A stretch of DNA of 62,980 nt, the filler included, from Octopus bimaculoides (Eukaryota), in assembly GCF_001194135.2 (NCBI RefSeq). It is 7 parts of 7 records of this genome, joined end to end, with 100 filler letters (N's around TTAATTAATTAA, not from the genome) between each part and the next. Parts side by side here need not be neighbours in the genome. Positions count along the whole stretch, not along the records: positions 30,634 to 43,571 come from NC_068984.1; positions 43,672 to 57,953 come from NC_068991.1; 5 more parts are not named here. One strand, 5' to 3'. Made by a program: the position numbers and the translations under genes. Positions 37,626 through 49,839 of the stretch are shown here, one piece after another. The notes below the pieces were generated by a model. That model ran no database searches and was not told the DNA's origin. It was given only the letters and a program-made list of their open reading frames with translations. Positions within the stretch are counted from its first letter, which is position 1. Every line of letters begins with the position of its first letter.

Positions 37626-38019
37626 ACATATAGGTGGCTGTCAGCTCGTAAATGAGTATATGAATATCACTGACGTATTATCTTATAGTAGGTGTTGCTT
37701 GACAACGACTGTCGACAATGCGTGTACTGCAATTTAAAGTGAATAACAACTTACATAAAAACCGTTAAAATTGCTGTCTACAAAGCTAAGTGGTCCCAAA
37801 ACATTAAAAATCAGGATATAATCACTGGTATTCTCACCAGCCACCAGCCCGAGAAAAAATCCGATTGGATGATTTTTGTTCACATCCCATCGTATGTAAT
37901 GTGTTTTTAAACAAAGCACGCTCATCAGAGATATAATCTCTGGTCTTAGACTGCAGTATATTTGCTTTTCGTTGCTTTTCATCTTTAACAGATTCTGAAT
38001 GAATTGGTATTTATCTTAT

Positions 38020-38376
38020 TTTGTCTTTTACATACATCAGTCATTGGAGTGAGACCATTCTCGGACACTGCCTTGAAAGGTCTATTTGAACAGACCGATC
38101 GCAGTAAGGCCTAGAACTTACTCTATCACTCTCTGTTACCGAATCGATAAGTTAATGGGACATAAACAAACTAATTCTGGTGGGGTAACAAACAAACAAA
38201 TACGCGCGCGCGCGACTGGTTCTCAAACTGTTTCCGTCGATCAAATTCAATCACATGTCATTGATCTTGTCCGAGATTATAATAGAAGACAGCCCAAGTG
38301 TCGCACAGTGGAACTGAACCTGAAACCATGAAGTTACAGAGTGTTCTTCTTAAATACATAGCCATATCTCTACCTG
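38020..38376 (-). mobile_element. Old SINE family B
   Basis: Degraded but colinear with the other B copies. Confidence 0.7.
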
Positions 38377-39585
38377 TAGCCATGGTTTGGAGAATTATTG
38401 AATTCAGTTACTGATTTTAAAAGGAATATTTCATTTTGCGTATCAATTACTATTTCGGTTGTATATATATATATTCAATTATATATACATTCTACACAAG
38501 TGATAAAAACTGAGCTCATTCATATCATTTCCTATTCCAGGATATTTCCAATGGAATTTAAAGAAATTACTGATGTAAAGCACAGCATTGAAGTGTCATG
38601 AAATGTTGGAATCAATCAAATCAATTATGATTTGCACTACTTCTACGTTGAATCTAAAACATGCATTACGTCTTCCGTTTTCACTAAAGAACTTTTGTCT
38701 CTTGTTCGTTTGGAAAATTCATTTGGGCTTCCAATGTTTTCAGCAGCACTTTCCAACATTTTCTCTAAGAAGACTGCTCCATTTTTGAAGTAAAGGACTT
38801 GGCGCATCTTTTAAGGATTTCAAATTATTCACTTCCTCATTAGTTCTAGCGTTCTTGACTTGAAGAACAGTAATTCGATAATGAATTGTCGATTTAATTT
38901 TTGATCCTAATTGACGCCGTAATAATGCACTCAAAGGATTTTAAATAAGTTGAAATGCCTTTTACAATTGAAACTGTTTCCATCGTTAGATGACTCTGAG
39001 CAAACAAAGATATAATTGTTCTTTTTTCTTCATTATAAGACTATAATGTGAAGTTACTAAAGATTTCAAAGCATTCAACTCTTGCCGATACTTAAGTATC
39101 AGATGTAGCACGCAGCGAAATCTCTATACAATATTTTAGAATTTGTCATCATTGGAGGTTACTATTAAATATGTTATAAAAATGAAATAAAGCGACTTCA
39201 TTGCAGCATTCAACTGCGCTAACGCCATCCAAATTAAGACTTTAAAAGCAGGGACATGGTACAGCAAATAGATTGAACTTAACAATTATTATATCGACCA
39301 GACTCATTACTACCAGTGCCAAAACTTTGTTCATGAAATGTAGTGAATGGAATATCGTTTTATTGTGTTTTTTTTAATTCAATCAAATATTAACTTCATC
39401 ACATCGTCCCCTTCCTCGTGATTACAGACAATGAAATCAAGACTTTCTGTTACTTCATATTAGAACTTAATCAAGACTCTCGTTTACTTCATAGTAGACC
39501 TTAACTTTGTTAATGTAACAAATTATATTACCAATACAGTTTGTTCCATAAGTAAGGAATCAGAAATCACATCCGTGATTATATA

Positions 39586-39804
39586 TACAAAGGGGTGCTG
39601 AAAAGTTCCTGGTTTTAAGGATGTCGTGAAAGGCCTCATTGGAGTCAACATTCCGAGTTCTTTTACAGGGCTCAGAAAAACTGAAGCACTGCTGCAATAA
39701 GTGTGTGAATCTGAGAGGGGCAAATATTGAATAAAATCATAATTAGCTGATCCTTTTATATTTTCTTTTACTCAAAGCCAGGAACTTTTCAGAATCCCCT
39801 CTTA
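39586..39804 (+). mobile_element. Mariner-derived MITE with TA target duplication
   Basis: TA+caaaggggtgctgaaaagttcctggtttt ... aaagccaggaacttttcagaatcccctct+TA inverted termini. The interior retains CCNKCVNLRG..E*, similar to the mariner terminal RWxKCVxxxGxYVE. Confidence 0.88.
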
Positions 39805-40896
39805 CTGTTATATTGCAAATTCACCTTCTGTTTTAAATAGCTTTTGTAACGTGATCGGCTCAACACTAATGAAGTATTTCGACTTTTGAGTGAAAAGTAA
39901 TGGCCCTTCATTCCTTCGTTCGTTTTAATTTTTCAAGCTAAATGACCGACCTCTTCCAAAAATCCCATCGAAATTTCCATTGATTTTATTTTTCACAAAC
40001 AATATGGTGTTTTCTCTTAAATGTTATTTCTCATCCTCCAAGAAAGGAATGAACATTCAGTACAAATTCTAAAAATTTTTACTAGAGTTTGTCTACTCAT
40101 GAATGTTTTTTGACCCAAAGACCATAACCATAAACAGACGATTTATAAGATGATCGCAATTCCAACCATTACCTATTGATATACAAAACTTATGAAGAAC
40201 ACAAGTTTAATATCAGGCACTGATAATTTTCAAGTAAGTCACCTCCGCTTGTTATTTGCTCCAACGAAAAAGCAGGAAGAGTAGAATGTTATTGATGCGG
40301 AATGTTACTTGTTAGAAATAACAGTAAACAGAAAGATTCTTTTTTATTATCTATTTTATTTTATATTATTTATTTATATTTATTTTATCTTTTGCATCAC
40401 TTCTAAACTAACCAGTCACACGAGTGTTCGTTACCATTTTTAAGGTTATATTTTCTTAAAGACATAGAATACATGAGCCTAAATAATCCTTTGGTAATTC
40501 GTTTAGAAATATTTATCCACCTGGTTTTTACAGCTTCATTTATCCCGGCAATGGTAGGTGTACCTCACTTTCTAATATTTCAATAGTGTACTGAAATAAA
40601 GACATATGATCTAATGTAACCTATTCACTTGCTTTGCTTGTCATCTGAGTTATATCTTCATTAAACGTAGTTAGATGAATGATGACTTTAGTGTTGTAAT
40701 TTAAACGTTAGTAATCTATACGGAATCCCTTGCCCTGAAAAAAAGTGAAACTATTAGAGTTCATTGCCCACCCAATGAATTTTGATCGCATTAAATTCTT
40801 TCTGTCTTTTGCCTCTGCTGCTAATGTTGATGTTGATAATATTGTTGATATCGTTTGCTTCCTTTGACTTTTCTGCGAAATTCTCAATATTTATAC

Positions 40897-41060
40897 GGGT
40901 TTCAAATGTTGGCACAAGGCCAGCAATTTTAGGGGGAGAGGTAAGTTGTTTACAACGACCCAGTGAACACCTGATATTTATTTTATCGAACTCCGAAAGA
41001 TGAAGACGGACGAAATGCCGTTAAGCATTTAGCCCAGCGCTCTAACGATTCTGCAGGCTC
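40897..41060 (-). mobile_element. SINE family A (internally deleted)
   Basis: ggtttcaaatgttggcacaaggccagc..gaaatgccgttaagcatt. Confidence 0.8.
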
Positions 41061-41754
41061 GCAGACTTATTCTTATTATTTATATTGTTGATCTATATGA
41101 TGCTAACATCTTTATATTCTCTACCTCCATTTGGTATAATTTCTAGTATTTTGTTATTGATGGGGTCGGTGTTGTTGGCAGTGGTAATAGTTGTATTCCT
41201 ATACTATAATCTTAAAATGTGGTGTAGCGAAGCAGATAACAACACCATTAGAGAGGTATTGTGTCGCATGATGTAATTAATGAAGCTACCAGAGATAACA
41301 CCTACGTACTTGCTATTACATATCTCTGAAAAATCTTTGGAAAAGTCACATTTTTGCTTTGATATAAAGAAGTTTCAACGCTGACGACAGCTTAAGAGTT
41401 AGTGTTGCCCCAACCATTATGACTATGACACACTTCTCCTCCTCCCTGTCGGATTTGACATTTTTTGAAGAAATTGATTGACCGGCACATTTGAATCCAG
41501 ATGACGGTGAGAGGAAATGATTATATTTTTCTAATTAAGGAAGACACAGAGCATTTTTAAACCTGTATTTACGCAAATATATCTACAACAATATTAGATA
41601 TTAACAGTGTAAATTCCAGTTTTCGTTCGATAAATCTATGGAAGCCAATGTCAACTTGCGGCTCATCGATGTTTGTAACCAGGGCAGCTCAGAGACAAGG
41701 GTAATGATATGATTATGATGACGATGATGATGATGATGATAATGATGATGATGA

Positions 41755-41850
41755 GAGTTTCTAATTTCGGTTCGAGACAAAACATTCTGAAGGATGGGAG
41801 TTAGGTAATACCATCGACTTCAGTACTTACGAGAACTTTATTTTATCGGC
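41755..41850 (-). mobile_element. SINE family A tail fragment next to (TAA)n
   Basis: Degraded tail and central domain. Confidence 0.55.
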
Positions 41851-41853
41851 GAC

Positions 41854-41899
<46 letters not shown>

Positions 41900-41906
41900 C
41901 ATTTAT

Positions 41907-42088
41907 AGGTGCAGGAGTGGCTGCGTGGTAAGTAGCTTGCTTACGAACCACATGGTTCCGGGTTCAGTCCCACTGCGTGGCACCTTGGGCAAGTGTCTTC
42001 TACTATAGCCTCGAGCCAACCAAAGCTTTGTGAGTGGATTTGGTAGACGGAAACTGAAAGAAGCCCGTCGTATATATGTATATATATG

Positions 42089-42122
<34 letters not shown>

Positions 42123-42340
42123 CGTGTATGTTTATGTGTCTGTGTTTGTTCCCCCAACATCGCTTGACAACCGATGGTGGTGTGTTTACGTCCCCGTAAA
42201 TTAGCGGTTCGGCAAAAGAGACCGATAGAATAAGTACTAGGCTTACAAAGAATAAGTCCTGGGGTCGATTTGCTTGACTAAAGGGGTGCTCCAGCATGGC
42301 CGGAGTCAAATGACTGAAACAAGTAAAAGAGTAAGAGAGT
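41907..42340 (+). mobile_element. SINE family B, full length
   Basis: A-box-like tggctgcgtgg, B-box-like ggttcagtccc, CORE-like segment, internal (TA)(TG) tract, gtaaaaga tail. Confidence 0.93.
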
Positions 42341-42346
42341 ATAATA

Positions 42347-42820
42347 ATAGATACGAATAGACCAGACATTATATTGAAAGACTTCAGACAAAAATCATGC
42401 CTCCTCATTGATATGACTGTCCCAATCGACATACATGTATCTGTCAAGACCTACTAAAAACTGAGCAATTATAAAGACCTTGAAATAGAAATTGGCAAAT
42501 GTGGACCATTAAGACTAGAGGGGTTGATTCCTACCTAGCTCAGATACCAGGAAACCCCAAAATGTCAGAAATTCAAAATATAGTGCTCATAGGAACTGCC
42601 CAGATCCTACGTAAAACACTATCTATGTAATCTCAAATTTTAAAACAAAGTCATAATTTTCTTATGTTTTCTTAAACATTCTCTAGAATAATACTATGTG
42701 CAAAACCAAGTATATGACACTGTAAGCATAACACCAACTTGAACTTCTAACTTGTTGTCTCTTGAGGTCTCTGGCTGAGACTTGGAGTTAACTTGTACAA
42801 ATACAAAACAAAAGTCAATC

Positions 42821-42853
<33 letters not shown>
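42347..42853 (+). mobile_element. R4/Dong-like LINE 3' end with (TAA)n tail
   Basis: IDTNRPDIILKDFRQKSCLLIDMTVPID..NYKDLEIEIGK..IQNIVLIGTAQILRKTLSM* (stop 42628-42630), 3' UTR, (TAA)n at 42824-42853. Confidence 0.9.
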
Positions 42854-42854
<1 letters not shown>

Positions 42855-42856
<2 letters not shown>

Positions 42857-43065
42857 AGCAAATATTCTGCTCAAAACCACAGATATGCTTGTCAGTTGTT
42901 TGACCGTAACCAGTTGAGCATGTCCCTTAGTGGCTGACGATATGTGCATCTCTGATCACGAACAGAAGTAGTGGGGGAGCATCATAGCCATGTGTTGAAA
43001 GGAATTCTTTGGGTTTGGGTAATTCACCTCTGGAAACATAGGTTTTTCGTTCAGCATCCTTAAAC
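42855..43065 (-). repeat. Unclassified repeat bracketed by (TAA)n tracts
   Basis: Non-simple 210-bp block between two TAA runs; resembles a LINE 3' UTR as I recall it. Confidence 0.45.
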
Positions 43066-43092
43066 AATAATAACAATAATAATAATAATAAT

Positions 43093-43290
43093 ATTGAAAT
43101 TGAAAAATGTGGTATCTCAAGGCAACTACCGTACCAGTGGTTGTAGGATCTCTAGGAATGATAAAAAAGGATACTGAAATCTATTTGAAAATGATACCAG
43201 GCCTACCCATCCCTACAGGAAGTGCAAAAACTCGTGTTAACTGGAACGACTAATGTACTGAGAAGAGCATTATCGCTGGGAAAACAACAT
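43093..43290 (+). mobile_element. R4/Dong-like LINE C-terminal fragment starting directly after (TAA)n
   Basis: IEIEK..LKATTVPVVVGSLGMIKK..IPGLP..QEVQKLVLTGTTNVLRRALSL. Confidence 0.85.
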
Positions 43291-43334
43291 CCATTCATGA
43301 ATTTATTTATTTATTAATTTTTTTACATACATTT

Positions 43335-43495
43335 AGTCTGCCACTACGCTCTGAGTTCAAATTCCCCCGAGGTCGACTTTGCCTTTCATCCTTTCGGGAT
43401 ATGTTAATTAAGTACCAGTTGCGTACTGCGGCTGATCTAATCGACTGGTCCCCTCCCCAAAATTTCGGGCCTTATGCCTAAAGTAGAAAAGAATG
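43335..43495 (+). mobile_element. SINE family A, 5'-truncated
   Basis: Near-consensus. Confidence 0.85.
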
Positions 43496-44019
43496 TTCGG
43501 AAATCGAACATGCAGAACGGTTTCTTCGAAGCACTCAACCGACGGCATTTCTGTGAATGCTTGACAATATTNNNNNNNNNNNNNNNNNNNNNNNNNNNNN
43601 NNNNNNNNNNNNNNNTTAATTAATTAANNNNNNNNNNNNNNNNNNNNNNNNNNNNNNNNNNNNNNNNNNNNGTCGGTAACAGTCGAATTTGGTAGTTCAC
43701 TGCTGGACATATCCTTCCTTATGCTTGAAGGATTTGAAGGACTGTAATCCTTGAGCCATTAACAAAGCTGTTTGGACTTGACGCTCTTCAGGCGCTTCGT
43801 CCACCTTAATATTTGTTTTTGGCAGCTGGGCGGACTGGAGCAATGCGAAGCTAATTACGTTGCTCAAAAATATAACACACCTCCCGAATGAGGAATTGAG
43901 GCCAGGACTTTACGACTGAGAGACTAGTTGCCTAATCAGTTGAGGTGTGTGTGCGAGGTACTAATATATAGCCGGCACCGAGAGGAAATCAAGCAAACAG
44001 CGAATGATTCCTCTATAAT

Positions 44020-44235
44020 TATTAAGAACAGAAGAGTTATTTGTTGTAACCCGCCATATATTCTTGATGTAAAAATCAAAGTCACAAAACATTTCCTTTC
44101 TCTAATCAGAAAGTATTTCCTGAATGGTCATAGATTCCGTCAGCTGTTCAACATGAATAACATAAAGGTAAGTCACAGCTGCAAGAAAAACATGTCAACT
44201 GCCATTAAGATCCACAATGCAAAAATATTACAAAC
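44020..44235 (+). mobile_element. Penelope-like element fragment (post-RT region)
   Basis: RRVICCNPPY..HFLSLIRKYF..HRFRQLFN.NNIKVSHSCKKNM..IKIHNAKIL matches the PLE motif R.IIWFNPPY...KVSYSC..N...I..HN.KIL. Confidence 0.85.
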
Positions 44236-44814
44236 AAACACTAGGCGACACATGGCAAAGAATAGAACTTTGACACCAGAAAAGGGCAAATGCCAAGAAA
44301 ACAGCATTGGATAGCGCTCTGATGACATCACCTACAGTAAGTTAGCACGCTAGACAAGGCGTAAAAAGCAATCCGTCAAAAGTTGTTCACATCAATGCAA
44401 CAGACATTCAAAGTATGTTTGGAACAAAAATAGAGAGCTAATGTCAATCACCCGACACATAATGGAATTCTTTCACACAATAAATGACATTTGACTCCAA
44501 CGCCCACGCAACTTATCGCAATTCACACCATTGCGCATCCATTTATATATTTATTTATTTATTTATTTATCTATTTATTTTTCAATATGATGACGTGTAA
44601 AGTCTATCGATGAGCCGATTGAATTAATGCTTCAACACCTGGATATAAATATTAGAGGAGTTTGCGTTGTGTAGTTGACAACAGGGACTCCAGATAATTG
44701 CATTGACACATTATCATAGCTAAAAGCGGACGTAACTAAATACTGCAAATCATTTTGTCCGACACCCTATCAGTTCTAAAAATGCAGCACACTATTAATT
44801 TAATAATGATCCTT

Positions 44815-45270
44815 TCTACAATAGAGCACAAGGCCTGAAAGTTTTGGAAGAAGCTGGGGTTAATCGATTACATAAACACCAATGCTGGAACTGGTACTTA
44901 CTTTATCGATCCTAAAAATATGAAAAGGCAAAAATCAATCGTTGGAGGAATTTGAGCTCAGACTGCAAAGACGAACGACAAGCTGCTAAGCATTTTTGAC
45001 CGGAATCTTATCGATTCTGCCAGCTCGCAGCCTAACTAAATTAAAAATAATTGTTTCAAAATTAGGTACAAGACCACCAAGATTAAGTGGCGGGGGGTGG
45101 GTAAGTCGATTGCATCACTACGGTGTTCACCAGGTATTCATTTCATCGACCCCGAAAGAACGAAAAGCAAAGTCAACCTCGGCGAAATTTGAACTCAGAA
45201 CATAAAGACGGAAGAAATGCCACTAAGCATTTTTGTCCGGAATCCTAACGCTTCTGCCAGCTCACAAGCC
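44815..45270 (-). mobile_element. Two tandem SINE family A copies
   Basis: 44815-45035 and 45050-45270 in the same orientation. Confidence 0.85.
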
Positions 45271-46140
45271 AACTAAATTAATAATGATAAAATATAAGAT
45301 TGTAAAAAATAATAATGAATATATAAAGGATAGGGGGAGGTGGAGCAAAACGAGTGTGTGAGAGGGTGGGGACGGGAGTTGATAAATCGATATTTGTTCA
45401 ATATGATTAGTACTATTAATGAGTAAAATTAAGTAGGCTTCGTAGCGGAAACACAACAACTTCTATGGTGATTAATGTGAAAAATGTTATATTTAAATAT
45501 TGATAACGTTGTTGTTGATGTTGATTTTGTTTTTAAACAAGACAAATGAGAAAGAGGATTTTAGAGTTTGCACTCATTCACATTCGTTCTCCTTTTTCTT
45601 TCATTCTCTCTCTCTCTCTCTCTNNNNNNNNNNNNNNNNNNNNNNNNNNNNNNNNNNNNNNNNNNNNNNNNNNNNNNNNNNNNNNNNNNNNNNNNNNNNN
45701 NNNNNNNNNNNNNNNNNNNNNNNNNNNNNNNNNNNNNNNNNNNNNNNNNNNNNNNNNNNNNNNNNNNNNNNNNNNNNNNNNNNNNNNNNNNNNNNNNNNN
45801 NNNNNNNNNNNNNNNNNNNNNNNNNNNNNNNNNNNNNNNNNNNNNNNNNNNNNNNNNNNNNNNNNNNNNNNNNNNNNNNNNNNNNNNNNNNNNNNNNNNN
45901 NNNNNNNNNNNNNNNNNNNNNNNNNNNNNNNNNNNNNNNNNNNNNNNNNNNNNNNNNNNNNNNNNNNNNNNNNNNNNNNNNNNNNNNNNNNNNNNNNNNN
46001 NNNNNNNNNNNNNNNNNNNNNNNNNNNNNNNNNNNNNNNNNNNNNATGGATATATATGTATATATATATATGCATATATATATCTATATATATATGCATA
46101 TATGCACATATATATATATGCATATATATATATATATATA

Positions 46141-46176
<36 letters not shown>

Positions 46177-46228
46177 ACATATATATATAAATGCATGTGT
46201 ATGTATATTACGCATATATGTGTATATG

Positions 46229-46269
<41 letters not shown>

Positions 46270-46399
46270 TCACAAACATATGCACACACCTCATTTTCAC
46301 GTACAGAAAAACAGAAAGAAACGCACAACTCGCGCGCAAAACACACACACACACACATTCTTTGCGCTTCTCCAATTCGCTTAAATAATTAAAAACTCC

Positions 46400-47620
<1,221 letters not shown>

Positions 47621-47635
47621 AAAGTATATATATAT

Positions 47636-48028
47636 AGGTGCGGGTGTAGCTGTGTGGTAAAAAAAATTCGTTTCCCAGCCACATGCTTCTGGGATCAGTT
47701 CCACAGCGTGGTACTCTGGACATGTGTCTTCTACTTTAGCGTTGAGCCGACTAAAGCCTTCTGAGTGGATTTGGTAGACGGGAACTGAAAGAAGCCTGTC
47801 GTATACATATATTTGTATGCGTGTATGTGCGTCTGTCTTTCCCACCACCATCACCACTTGACAACCTGTGTCGGTGTGTTTACGTTCCTGTAAATTAGAC
47901 TGATCGAATAAGTACCAGGCTTTAAAAAATAAGTACCGGGGTTAATTAGTTAAACTAACATTTTTCAACGCCGAGCTCCAGTATGGCCGTAGTCCAATAA
48001 CTGAAGAAAGTAAAATGCAAAAGATGAG
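47636..48028 (+). mobile_element. SINE family B (diverged)
   Basis: Colinear with 41907-42340. Confidence 0.85.
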
Positions 48029-48034
48029 TTAACG

Positions 48035-48312
48035 GGGTAAAGACTCCGTTCGGTCATGAATGACCATGGGATTGCACCTAGGAAGTTCCCCGTCCCTGGC
48101 GGAAGTCCGGGTGAGGTTGTTCATGGAAGACCAGCAGTCGCCCATGCATACCAACTTCCCCTCTCCACGCCACCCATGGCCGATACAGCTTGGCATCAGT
48201 GACGTCACAACTCATTTCTACAGCTGAGTGAATCGGAGCAGCGTGAAATAAAGTGGCTTGCCCAAGAACACTACACACTCTGACCGCTCCGGAAATCGAA
48301 CTCACTACCTAT
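48035..48312 (-). mobile_element. SINE family C2
   Basis: Homolog of 9830-10115. Confidence 0.8.
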
Positions 48313-48364
48313 TCTAACCACGTTCTAACCACTGACTGTGCTAATTATGTTTAATTTATTTGTT

Positions 48365-48847
48365 GCAGGAGTGGCTGTGTGGTAAGTAGCTTGCTTACCA
48401 ACCACATGGTTCTGGGTTCAGTCCCACTGCGTGTCACCTTGGGTAAGTGTCATCTACTATNNNNNNNNNNCCCACTGCGTGTCACCTTGGGTAAGTGTCA
48501 TCTACTATAGCTTCGGGTCGACCAAAGCCTTGTGAGTGGATTTGATAGACGGAAACTGAAAGAAGCCCGCTATATATATGTATATATATATATATATGTG
48601 TGTGTGTGTGCGTATGGTGTGCTTGTGTGTGTGCGTTTGCCCCCACCACCACCACCATCGCTTGACAACCGATGCTGTTGTGTTTACGTCCCCGTCACTT
48701 AGCGGTTCGGCAAAAAGGGACCGATAGAATAAGTACTAGGCTTACAAATAATAAGTCCTGGGGTCGATTTGCTCGACTAAAGGCGGTGCCCCAGCATGGC
48801 CGCAGTCAAATGACTGAAACAAGTAAAAGAGTAAAAGAGTAAAGAGT
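48365..48847 (+). mobile_element. SINE family B, full length (with an assembly-duplicated 38 bp)
   Basis: Consensus head, internal TA/TG tract, (gtaaaaga)3 tail. Confidence 0.92.
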
Positions 48848-49417
48848 GTAAACGTATCTGTCAATAAAATTAATGATTACTAGATTTGTCCATTATAAAC
48901 ATATGTTGAAAATCAAAATAAGCATGTTCTAACACATAATAACCTAACCCCTCCACTTTCCTTTATCGTTCTCCATATACAGATTCACACATACTCATTC
49001 TCGCTCACTCACAGCCTTGCAGTCACATTACACATACTCGTGTAACTGACTGATACAATCCGTAAAGGAAAAATCAAACAGACAGACAAGCGGTAAGGCT
49101 GGTTAGCTGCACATAAGACTGTCAAGGCTACAAACCTCTTCAGTCTCCAGTGTCTCTTCAGCATATAACACCCCACCCCTTCTGCTTCCACTATGGCGGA
49201 ATCTTGTGGATGGAGACAGGAAGTATAAAACTCCTCGACATTTAGCTAGAACTAAGACAAGTTGAAGGACAAAAGAAGAAACGAAGAAATAAGTAAATAA
49301 ATAAGATTCTCCTAGAGAAAGTGGTGATGGTGGTGGGAACTTCTGCCCCTGAAACTCCTTACTTCATTTCCTATATATTTTTATATTTTCATGCATTTTT
49401 CGATGTTGATTATTTCC

Positions 49418-49450
<33 letters not shown>

Positions 49451-49453
<3 letters not shown>

Positions 49454-49839
49454 TCTTTTACTCTTTTACTTGTTTCAGTCATTTGACTGCGGCCATGCTG
49501 GAGAACCGCCTTTAGTCGAGAAAAATCGACCCCAGGACTTATTCTTTGTAACCTTAGTACTTATTCTATCGGTTTCTTTTTGCCGAACCGCTAAGTTACG
49601 GGAAAGTAAACACACCAGTATCGGTTGTCAAGCAATTGTAGGGGGACAAACACAGACACACAAACACACATACATATATATATACGACGGGCTTCTTTCA
49701 GTTTCCGTCAACCAAATCCACTCACAAGGCTTTGGTCGGCCCGAGGCTATAGTAGAAGACACTTGCCCAAGGTGCCACGCAGTGGGACTGAACCCGGAAC
49801 CATGTGGTTGGTAAGCAAGCTACTTACCACACAGCCACT
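49451..49839 (-). mobile_element. SINE family B
   Basis: Near-consensus. Confidence 0.92.

Noticed and set aside
41907-41985. tRNA-like A/B boxes at SINE heads as tRNA genes
   Set aside because: No complete cloverleaf, and each continues into a SINE body.
49110-49150. Minus-strand ctgaagagg..cc..gacagtc resembling a hammerhead
   Set aside because: GAAA is missing and there is no stem I pairing.
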